34,688 nt of DNA from a virus (taxonomy: Duplodnaviria; Caudoviricetes), in the IMG/VR virus record IMGVR_UViG_3300033485_000052, positions 1 through 34,688 of that record; one strand, written 5' to 3'. The notes beneath the pieces are model-generated. The model had not been told where the DNA came from. It did no database searches and saw only the letters and a list, made by a program, of their open reading frames with translations. Shown piece after piece: positions 1 to 6,407 of this stretch (position 1 is the stretch's first letter; every line of letters starts with the position of its first letter). Made by a program: the position numbers and the translations under genes.

Positions 1-127
1 CTGTCCCCTTTGGGATAGATTTAACTTTTGATATTAAATATCTGATTGATAACATCGGATAAATTTCATGTAGCTTTTTAACTGTAATTTTTTGTGGCAA
101 ACTCATCTTTTTACTCCCCAAAAATAA
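1..127. repeat. Terminal direct repeat, copy 1 (circular assembly overlap)
   Basis: Bases 1-127 are identical to 34562-34688. A small ORF (34557-34667) lies in the repeat and continues the gene series across the junction. Confidence 0.95.
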
Positions 128-296
128 AGGATAAAATAGATGCAAATAATCCCATAGATATGCACATAATAAAAAATGGAATTACTGGGTCAGTAGAAAT
201 AAGGCTACCAATATACACGCCAAATAATGACGATACTGAAAAACCGATAAATAATAACCATGATGTTAAAATTCCTTTTCTAAATTCACTCATCAT
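111..296 (-). CDS. Small two-TM membrane protein
   Basis: 61-aa ORF with two hydrophobic stretches; its start overlaps the stop of the upstream ORF. Confidence 0.7.
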   Translation of the reverse strand: MMSEFRKGILTSWLLFIGFSVSSLFGVYIGSLISTDPVIPFFIMCISMGLFASILSFIFGE

Positions 297-547
297 TACC
301 CCCTTACGTCTAGTTTATAGACTGCGTTTGCCTGTAACTCAGCAATCATACGTTCAGCTTTTAGCGAATCGATTTTAATGGCGAAACGTTGATTTTGTAA
401 TTCAAGCTCACGTATTTTTGATTGCATTACTCTTTCAGTATTTACTGCCTCCGTGATTCTTTTTTGAAGCCATTTAGCATTGACTAGGATTTGGTCGCTG
501 TCTTTGAAATAGTCGCATAAGAACTGCGATAGTGATTTTGTTTTCAT
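296..547 (-). CDS. Hypothetical coiled-coil protein
   Basis: 83-aa ORF with an ATGA overlap to the upstream gene and a heptad-like C-terminal half. Confidence 0.7.
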   Translation of the reverse strand: MKTKSLSQFLCDYFKDSDQILVNAKWLQKRITEAVNTERVMQSKIRELELQNQRFAIKIDSLKAERMIAELQANAVYKLDVRG

Positions 548-759
548 TGTCCTATCCTTGCACAGTAGCCACCTACGTTCTGTAAAGTTTCAGGCTTTCC
601 ATTTTCTTGAATAGCCTCATCCCATACCCATGCCATACAGCCACCACAAATACACTTTTTATTTTCAGTGTTATACATAAATCCACTATTCCAATCTTGA
701 ATTTCAGTTGAAACAATAAACGGACAAACTTTTTCTTTTGCTTCTGATGTTTTCATCAA
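544..759 (-). CDS. Small Cys-rich, probable Zn-binding phage protein
   Basis: Pattern CPF...CICGGCMAWVW...GYC; translationally coupled to its neighbours. Confidence 0.7.
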   Translation of the reverse strand: MMKTSEAKEKVCPFIVSTEIQDWNSGFMYNTENKKCICGGCMAWVWDEAIQENGKPETLQNVGGYCARIGQ

Positions 760-818
760 AATATCCTTTCCGCTATTTCAGCGAACCAATTTTCGAGCTG
801 TTGTAGTTTTTGTTTCAT
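756..818 (-). CDS. 20-aa micro-ORF MKQKLQQLENWFAEIAERIF
   Basis: Strong SD GGAGGTG at 824-830; stop overlaps the start of the next gene. Below the ORF-track cutoff. Confidence 0.55.
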   Translation of the reverse strand: MKQKLQQLENWFAEIAERIF

Positions 819-845
819 CTTTTCACCTCCGTTTTTAGGGCTATT

Positions 846-907
846 AAACCCTTAGCGAAGCCTATCGAATGTCACCGTTTGAATAACATAGACTTCACTA
901 AAAGTTT
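846..907 (-). ncRNA. 20-bp RNA stem-loop directly 3' of the tRNA (RNase III-like processing stem)
   Basis: AAACUUUUAGUGAAGUCUAU pairs with AUAGGCUUCGCUAAGGGUUU; all four non-Watson-Crick positions are G-U on the minus strand. Confidence 0.7.
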
Positions 908-983
908 TGGCATATACCCTAGGAATTGAACCTAGCACAGTCGGATTTGGAGTCCAACTCGTCACCTTGAAACATAGGTATAT
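908..983 (-). tRNA. trnW: tRNA-Trp (anticodon CCA)
   Basis: Acceptor ATATACC/GGTATAT, discriminator G, encoded CCA; anticodon arm TTGGA-CTCCAAA-TCCGA; T arm CTAGG-TTCAATT-CCTAG; GG in the D loop; 76 nt. Confidence 0.93.
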
Positions 984-991
984 AAATTAAA

Positions 992-1114
992 AGCTTTATG
1001 GTGGAACGCATACGGTGGCTGACTCTGGTAGCTAACCCGTCCTAAGCAGTTTGTTCGCTCAAAGAGTTTCCATGCTGACCATCCAAGCTATTTTATGCGC
1101 TCCATACTAAAGCT
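992..1114 (-). ncRNA. Candidate structured ncRNA with a long closing stem and tRNA-like ACCA end
   Basis: Closing helices AGCUUUA/UAAAGCU and UGGAGCGCAUA/UAUGCGUUCCA; GC-richer than the flanks; no ORF in the track. Confidence 0.5.
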
Positions 1115-1189
1115 ATAAACATGGTTTATTTTACGACCATATTTTTATTTGTCCCTATCGTAATCTTTGGGATGATAAATCAAATAACT

Positions 1190-1247
1190 TGCAAGGCGTT
1201 CCCCCGTATCTTGGAACCGATGAGTCAGTGCGCTGTATTCCCTTGCA
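1190..1247 (-). ncRNA. Candidate three-way-junction RNA at the transcript 5' end
   Basis: UGCAAGG/CCUUGCA closing stem with internal CAG/CUG and GUUCC/GGAAC hairpins, starting about 7 nt after the TATAAT at 1255-1260. Confidence 0.4.
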
Positions 1248-1254
1248 TGAGAAA

Positions 1255-1287
1255 ATTATACACTTGTTAAGCTTAATTAAGTATAAA
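1255..1287 (-). promoter_or_regulatory. Promoter with conserved upstream palindromic element, copy 1 (drives the tRNA/ncRNA cluster)
   Basis: TTTATACTTAATTAAGCT-TAACAAGTG-TATAAT. Confidence 0.75.
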
Positions 1288-1300
1288 AGACTTTTATTAT

Positions 1301-1723
1301 TTAGTCTTTATCGTTCCATAAATCTCTTGAAGGAAAAGATGGAATTTTAATACCCTTCTTTTCGCCAAAAATTACCGTGATCGTGTCGATTAGTGTATCG
1401 AATTCCTTCCTTTTGAGCTTCGTTGTGCTGTCGATATTAAAGAGCTGTTTTATTAGCCCTTTTATGATTTGTTCCTTCACTAACTGCATTGTCCACATAA
1501 TATCGTTATTAAATAGTCCAGTCATATAGAGATTATTTTCGTTTAGCGTATCGGCTATTTTTTGCGCCCAAAGGTGTAAGCTTGAGTTCTGCTTAACGGT
1601 TCGCATATCCATGTTTTTAACATCGACTTGGTATACTGCATCAGATAGCTTCGATAACTGCTCGTAATCTTCATCAGAGTATGGGATTAATTGCCCACGC
1701 TCTTTTTTAAATGTGATTTTCAC
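1301..1723 (-). CDS. NinB/Orf-like recombination mediator
   Basis: RTxxQNxxLHLW and STTKLxxxEF motifs; adjacent to a Sak4-like ATPase. Confidence 0.65.
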   Translation of the reverse strand: MKITFKKERGQLIPYSDEDYEQLSKLSDAVYQVDVKNMDMRTVKQNSSLHLWAQKIADTLNENNLYMTGLFNNDIMWTMQLVKEQIIKGLIKQLFNIDSTTKLKRKEFDTLIDTITVIFGEKKGIKIPSFPSRDLWNDKD

Positions 1724-2775
1724 TATTCAGCTTTTGTAATATGTTGTTCAGTATCAAAATAATCTGTCATAAGCTCAAATTTCTCTTTTAGCTGTGACGA
1801 CCGCATACTCTCTACTTTTGTCCATGATCGTGTTTCAAAGAATTTTTCTAATAATTCCGCTTTTGCTTTTGAATCTTCTGCCGATCTTGATGGATAATAT
1901 TTAAGCATTAGCCCTTGTATTTCTTCACATTGGATCTCTCTTGATCGTTTCTCTTGACCGAAAGTATCATCCCCGATCTCTCCTCCAAAAGTGTTTCCTT
2001 CTTTTGGGCGAATATCTAAATGCTTACCTCCGATATTTAAAAAGTCGAAGTGAGGTTTAAATGTTTCAAAGCTTGGCATATAGAAGATTTGGCCGTTTAG
2101 CGTATCGGTTCGATCTTTCTCAACAATAGCTTTAATAATAAGTCGGTTACTCCCACTATCAAACTCTTTCATCATCTCAATAAGTAAAGATGGCTCATAA
2201 CCTAGCTCTTTTTCTGTACTCATCTTAGTGCCATTTGTAACGAGTTCTTTTTTACCAGATGAGTTTTCTTGATAGTCATAGATTTGAGCCATACGACCAC
2301 AGATAATAACGTGCATAGGGCTTGTCAAATACATATCTGTAAACATCTGCCATGTGTCTTTAATAAAACGCCAGTCTTGGAATTCAAGGGCATATCTAGC
2401 ACGTCTATTATTCTTCTTGTTACGCTCATTCAATTCACTTAAATAATCGCTTTGGAGTTGTTTCCAAATATGACTGATAGAATCTACAATCACAACATCA
2501 ATCTTTTCTTGAACACATTCGTGCATAAATGCCATTAGATATTTAAAGTCACGGCTAATATCTGAAACAAATAACTCAACACCTGAATCATCAAAAGTCT
2601 TGATAAGATAATCAGATCCACCCTCTGTATCAAAGAACGCTACTCTTTTCCCTGCGTAGCTCGATAGCCCGATAGCCATTTTTGATGCTGTTGTAGTTTT
2701 GCCACTACCCGCATCACCATATAACCCAATTTTTGCAAACGCTTGTCTATTGCTTGGTTTTTTTAATAAATTCAT
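1723..2775 (-). CDS. AAA_24 / Sak4-like ATPase (phage single-strand annealing recombinase family)
   Basis: Walker A GDAGSGKT, FFDTEGG, Walker B VVIVDSISH, and KDRT near the C-terminal end of the domain. Confidence 0.8.
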   Translation of the reverse strand: MNLLKKPSNRQAFAKIGLYGDAGSGKTTTASKMAIGLSSYAGKRVAFFDTEGGSDYLIKTFDDSGVELFVSDISRDFKYLMAFMHECVQEKIDVVIVDSISHIWKQLQSDYLSELNERNKKNNRRARYALEFQDWRFIKDTWQMFTDMYLTSPMHVIICGRMAQIYDYQENSSGKKELVTNGTKMSTEKELGYEPSLLIEMMKEFDSGSNRLIIKAIVEKDRTDTLNGQIFYMPSFETFKPHFDFLNIGGKHLDIRPKEGNTFGGEIGDDTFGQEKRSREIQCEEIQGLMLKYYPSRSAEDSKAKAELLEKFFETRSWTKVESMRSSQLKEKFELMTDYFDTEQHITKAE

Positions 2776-2996
2776 ACATAATCCTTCACATCAATATCAA
2801 AATCAATCATCTCGCCAGTTTCTTGGCACTCAATTTGTACAACGATAGTATCATCATAGTTGCCGTCTTCGATAGCCTCTTTGATTTGTCGCACGATCTC
2901 AGGCTCATCGCTTTTTTGTAACTCGTAGAACTCCATGCGGATACCACGATTGCCATCAATATCGCTTCCGTAGTTTTTCTCAATTATTCTAATCAT
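2772..2996 (-). CDS. Acidic hypothetical protein
   Basis: ORF track gives 2772-3011. The SD GGAGGTG at 3003-3009 favours the ATG at 2996. Confidence 0.65.
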   Translation of the reverse strand: MIRIIEKNYGSDIDGNRGIRMEFYELQKSDEPEIVRQIKEAIEDGNYDDTIVVQIECQETGEMIDFDIDVKDYV

Positions 2997-3022
2997 CTTC
3001 TTCACCTCCATTGGTATTTAAA

Positions 3023-3055
3023 ATAGTAACATTGTTTAGCTTAATTAAGTATAAA
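3023..3055 (-). promoter_or_regulatory. Promoter with conserved upstream palindromic element, copy 2 (drives the recombination operon)
   Basis: TTTATACTTAATTAAGCT-AAACAATGT-TACTAT (extended -10 TGn). Confidence 0.75.
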
Positions 3056-3067
3056 GTGTGTTATGTT

Positions 3068-3394
3068 TTATTTGATATAAATACTTAAATCAATATACAT
3101 CCCAGCCCCAAGCATAATTTGATAAGCAGTCCTACCCCTTGGTTTTTTTTCAAGGGTATTTAGTGCATGATCTTTCCATGATTTGTTTAATTTAATGGTA
3201 TCCATTATTGCAAATAATAATGTTTCTTCATCTGAAATATCATCAACCCACGGGACCGCTATTAAATCAAAATCTCTTCTTAAACTTCCATGGACCGCAA
3301 TAGCATATCCGTGTTGTTTTGCCACATCTCTTATTGCTGGTAATAACTCTGTATAAATCTGGATTAATAATACGTGCATATCTTTCATCCTCAC
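3068..3394 (-). CDS. Minimal nucleotidyltransferase-fold (Pol beta superfamily) protein
   Basis: AIAVHGSLRRDFDLIA matches hGS...DxD; a third Asp lies in YIDLS. Confidence 0.6.
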   Translation of the reverse strand: MRMKDMHVLLIQIYTELLPAIRDVAKQHGYAIAVHGSLRRDFDLIAVPWVDDISDEETLLFAIMDTIKLNKSWKDHALNTLEKKPRGRTAYQIMLGAGMYIDLSIYIK

Positions 3395-3993
3395 CCTCTC
3401 TTCACAATATTGTTTGCTAACTGAATTACGTCTTGGTTGGCTATCACATCGTCTGTGACTGTTTTGTTTTCAATAGCTATACCTTGAGTCACTTTTTTAA
3501 TAAAGATTGATTCTAGACGTTCACATAGGGCATCCTTGCCACTTATTGCTCTCTGTAACTGCACACAATGCAATGGACTGCCAATTGTCGATAGCGCCTT
3601 TACTTCTTTTTCTACAAAATAATTGACGTTTACATCGTCCGTACTTTTAATATGTTCCCATTTAAGCTTATCTTTGTACGGATGGTTCATGATAGATACA
3701 TCAAAGTTTTTTACCTTCTGCGCTAGGCGTTCAGCCAAACTTCCCATTTGTTCAATGCGTGATCGGTTCATTATTTCCACTTCAATAGCTTTATACCGCT
3801 TAGTGAGCGTGAGGAACTTTTGATAAGCCGTTAGAAATTTAATATCATCGAGGTTAAAACCGTTTTTTAGGTATCGGACGTATTCAGCATGGTTTTGTAT
3901 TTCGCCTATATCCTGCTCCATGTCCATAATTGCAATAGTACTTTTCATTTCTAGCCCAAAGATTTGAGCTATGTAGTCTATTAGGTCTTTCAT
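3391..3993 (-). CDS. Hypothetical protein in the replication operon (possible helicase loader/P-like)
   Basis: 200-aa ORF coupled downstream of the initiator; function from position only. Confidence 0.55.
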   Translation of the reverse strand: MKDLIDYIAQIFGLEMKSTIAIMDMEQDIGEIQNHAEYVRYLKNGFNLDDIKFLTAYQKFLTLTKRYKAIEVEIMNRSRIEQMGSLAERLAQKVKNFDVSIMNHPYKDKLKWEHIKSTDDVNVNYFVEKEVKALSTIGSPLHCVQLQRAISGKDALCERLESIFIKKVTQGIAIENKTVTDDVIANQDVIQLANNIVKRG

Positions 3994-4178
3994 TCAGCCC
4001 TACCTATCGCAACGGTGCTTATTTCACTTTCCATAATTTTAGTTACCCCATCGTCTCCACCTGCAATGGCTGGAATGAGTTGTATTAAAAGTTGTTGTTG
4101 CTGTTTTGTTAAAATAACTTGACGAAGTTTTTCATCGCCTTCAATTTCCACTAGAATAAATGCTGTTGTAATTTTCAT
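3990..4178 (-). CDS. Hypothetical protein
   Basis: 62-aa ORF with ATGA overlaps on both sides. Confidence 0.65.
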   Translation of the reverse strand: MKITTAFILVEIEGDEKLRQVILTKQQQQLLIQLIPAIAGGDDGVTKIMESEISTVAIGRAE

Positions 4179-4879
4179 ACTATCTCCCCATTAATAAAAT
4201 CTTGCTTTCCAGCTTGTTGTCGCTTCATCTCTTGGACACGTTCGTAAGTTTCCATTGTTACGTCCATTTTGCTTTTAGGTGGTTCATACTTCTTGCCAGT
4301 ACGTAAAGCGAATAACCCAGCATACCCTCCAGCGATTGAAGCGTTTATAACTTCGGTTGTGTCCATTCCTAAACGGTTAAACTCTTCAAGCTGTTTAAAT
4401 TGCTTTTTAATTGTCGTAGGAGTTAGAGGATTTTTCTTTTCTTTACGATGCTGTACCCATTCAGCCCAAACGTCAGAAGAAATACAAGAAGGTAAAAATT
4501 GCGTTTCATGCGTCTTTGTTTTATTATTTGTTTTATTAGTCTGTATATTCTCTTTAGTCTCTTGCTGTTTTAGTAAGGGGGTATTACTATTTTGATAAGG
4601 GGGTATTACTAAATTAGTAAGGGTTACTATTCTAGTATGGTTACGTGAACCGTTCTCTATTTTAATATCAATATAGCCCATTTCTTTGAGGTGATTTAGG
4701 TTACGTGATACGTTCTCTTTAGTTATTCCGATAAGTTCAGCAAAGTGGTTATTTGAAGCAAAGCATCCACTTTCTAAACTGCAAAGCTGTTCAATTTCAG
4801 CCAACATGAATTTTTGTGATTGGTTTAGGTTTGTATCGTGCATAATTTCTATGCTCACGGTTATAAACTTTGTTGCCAT
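4175..4879 (-). CDS. Phage replication initiator (N-terminal winged HTH, lambda O-like organisation)
   Basis: GCFASNNHFAELIGITKENVSRNLNHLKEMGYI HTH; low-complexity linker carrying iterons; C-terminal WAEWVQHRKEKKNPLT...SIAGGYAGLF domain. Confidence 0.85.
   Translation of the reverse strand: MATKFITVSIEIMHDTNLNQSQKFMLAEIEQLCSLESGCFASNNHFAELIGITKENVSRNLNHLKEMGYIDIKIENGSRNHTRIVTLTNLVIPPYQNSNTPLLKQQETKENIQTNKTNNKTKTHETQFLPSCISSDVWAEWVQHRKEKKNPLTPTTIKKQFKQLEEFNRLGMDTTEVINASIAGGYAGLFALRTGKKYEPPKSKMDVTMETYERVQEMKRQQAGKQDFINGEIV
4510..4638. other. Putative replication origin: four iterons plus an AT-rich tract
   Basis: Quasi-palindromic 15-mers TTGCTGTTTTAGTAA (4562), TTACTATTTTGATAA (4584), TTACTAAATTAGTAA (4606), TTACTATTCTAGTAT (4624), spaced 22/22/18, next to an AT-rich stretch at about 4510-4560 inside the initiator gene. 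Confidence 0.75.
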
Positions 4880-5050
4880 GTATTGCTTTCGGTATGATTA
4901 TTAAAGAGGTGTAAAGTGGCTACCAACCCATTTCACGCAGTTAAAAAACTAAACTCTTAACGCCTAGCAAGTAAGCGTGGATTGGTAGCCGTTAAGGTTT
5001 TAGTAACAAGCTAAACGTGCAAGCAGTGGTTTAGCGTATGTGTAATTATA
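4880..5050 (-). promoter_or_regulatory. Promoter and ~160-nt structured 5' leader of the replication initiator
   Basis: TATAAT at 5045-5050; hairpin 5010-5035; overlapping helices 4990-5004/4948-4962 and 4978-4990/4918-4930. Confidence 0.6.
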
Positions 5051-5060
5051 GCGAATTAAT

Positions 5061-5156
5061 CTATTTTTTTACATTAATTAAAATATGCAACGGTATAGTG
5101 ACGAAAAGTGCTGGTAAAAAGAAAATAACTGCGATAATATGTAATATCCACATCAT
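5061..5156 (-). CDS. 31-aa hydrophobic peptide MMWILHIIAVIFFLPALFVTIPLHILINVKK
   Basis: SD AAGGAG upstream; almost wholly hydrophobic with a KK tail. Below the ORF-track cutoff. Confidence 0.6.
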   Translation of the reverse strand: MMWILHIIAVIFFLPALFVTIPLHILINVKK

Positions 5157-5212
5157 AATAAGCTCCTTATACCAAATCAATAAGCGTAATATTATCTACC
5201 ATACTTTTTGCT

Positions 5213-5830
5213 TCATACATTTTTAGCTCCTTTAGCTTTCATAATTCCGATTTCAATCGCCATATTTGGGTCTTTAACAATATCGCAAGCAAAAGAAATA
5301 TACTCATGCATCTTATTTCTTAATTTTAATTGGCTTTCAGTTGCGCTCTCCCAATCTTTAACATCACATTCAAGGCGTATTAATCTTGCAACTTTTGGCA
5401 TATTTGTATGGAATAGAGCCTTGTTTTTTGCATACATAAATAAAGCACCACTCATCATTTTATAGCTATCACCGCTATCATTACGATATTCTAGTAAATG
5501 ATCTTGTAGCCATTCATAAACTTGTATTTTTAGCTTAGGGTCAAGCCATAGCGCAATATCTAGGAATAAAAGAGGATGTACCCAAATATGATTACCCTTT
5601 CCTCGTCCATCTGTCTTAACATTACCGTACTTTTTTGATAACTCATCCATAAATTCTTTATTTTTAGAATTTACAAAATAATTATGGAGCTTAACAAATG
5701 GTAATTCATTCATCACCCGGTATTTATTACCCACTCTCTCCAAGTCAGTAGCAGATAAAAAACCGCTTTTGCTTTTTTGTGATATTTCAGAACCGAATAT
5801 CTCACGTTTCATAATAACCTCTGTAACCAT
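5213..5830 (-). CDS. KilA-N domain DNA-binding protein
   Basis: GFLSATDL...GRGKGNHIWVHPLLFLDIALWLDPKLKIQVYEW is a KilA-N signature. Confidence 0.85.
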   Translation of the reverse strand: MVTEVIMKREIFGSEISQKSKSGFLSATDLERVGNKYRVMNELPFVKLHNYFVNSKNKEFMDELSKKYGNVKTDGRGKGNHIWVHPLLFLDIALWLDPKLKIQVYEWLQDHLLEYRNDSGDSYKMMSGALFMYAKNKALFHTNMPKVARLIRLECDVKDWESATESQLKLRNKMHEYISFACDIVKDPNMAIEIGIMKAKGAKNV

Positions 5831-5860
5831 TTATGCCCCTTTAAAATAAGCTGTAAATGA

Positions 5861-5895
5861 ATTATATATATATCTTAATTAAGATAAGCTTAAAA
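5861..5895 (-). promoter_or_regulatory. kilA-N promoter with a perfect 16-bp palindrome
   Basis: TATAAT at 5861-5866; TATCTTAATTAAGATA at 5871-5886 shares the CTTAATTAAG core with three other promoters. Confidence 0.55.
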
Positions 5896-5977
5896 TATAT
5901 TATTTGATTAGTTTAATTTATGATTATTATGGTGAATCCAAATTTGGTTTTGCCTATTGCAATAAAAATATTGATTT

Positions 5978-6008
5978 AAAACGACGCTCTTTTATAAGAG
6001 GTTGTCGA
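5978..6008 (-). terminator. Intrinsic terminator ending the candidate sRNA
   Basis: CGACAACCUCUU-AUAA-AAGAGCGUCG followed by UUUU. Confidence 0.6.
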
Positions 6009-6064
6009 AAGTATCGCCCTGAGATGAAGCAGGACGATTAGGAGGAGGTGAATATATGAGGTGT
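5978..6064 (-). ncRNA. Candidate trans-acting sRNA with anti-SD motifs
   Basis: Extended -10 TGTTACTAT at 6070-6078; 5' tract GACACCUCAUAUAUUCACCUCCUCCU; 9-bp hairpin; terminator. Confidence 0.6.
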
Positions 6065-6105
6065 CCTAGATAGTAACAGGTAATTTTAATACATGATAGC
6101 TTATA

Positions 6106-6348
6106 TTAAGCTTGTAATACTTCTTTTGCTTGTTTAACGTGATCTTGGCTTACTTCGTTAGCTTCGCTTTCCGTGATCGCTTCTAAGAGTGTTAGTGCTA
6201 GTTTTTTAGGGATACCGTTTGGAGCTTTTTTAAGTGCCTTGATTGATATTGAAGCGATACCTTTTAATAGCGGTACTGCTAGATATTGAAGGGCTAGGGT
6301 TGCGTATATGTTCATTAAACATCCTTTTAGATTATACATCCATTTCAT
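6106..6348 (-). CDS. Small protein with hydrophobic N-terminus (possible lysis accessory); probable start at the internal MNIY ATG
   Basis: ORF; SD AAGGA precedes the internal ATG; lies downstream of the endolysin. Confidence 0.55.
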   Translation of the reverse strand: MKWMYNLKGCLMNIYATLALQYLAVPLLKGIASISIKALKKAPNGIPKKLALTLLEAITESEANEVSQDHVKQAKEVLQA

Positions 6349-6407
6349 TATAACTTAAGTTTCATTCCATTATAATATTGATATTATAGTATAAAAAAGG
6401 CGATTAA

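Noticed and set aside
999-1103. tmRNA or canonical tRNA (ends in TCCACCA)
   Set aside because: Far too short for tmRNA, no G3-U70 alanine determinant, and no T-loop or anticodon arm in the correct positions. Kept only as an unclassified ncRNA candidate.
1190-1247. Hammerhead ribozyme on the plus strand (stem-CGATGAG-stem)
   Set aside because: The core is C-GAUGA rather than CUGANGA, and there is no GAAA after the second stem.
4562-4638. Mini CRISPR array
   Set aside because: Units are 15 bp with 3-7-bp gaps inside a coding region, which fits iterons. No cas genes or spacer-length intervals.
6056-6073. Plus-strand micro-ORF MRCPR with a perfect SD
   Set aside because: Only five codons, and the promoter, G-U pairs and terminator polarity all favour a minus-strand RNA. 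Not fully excluded.
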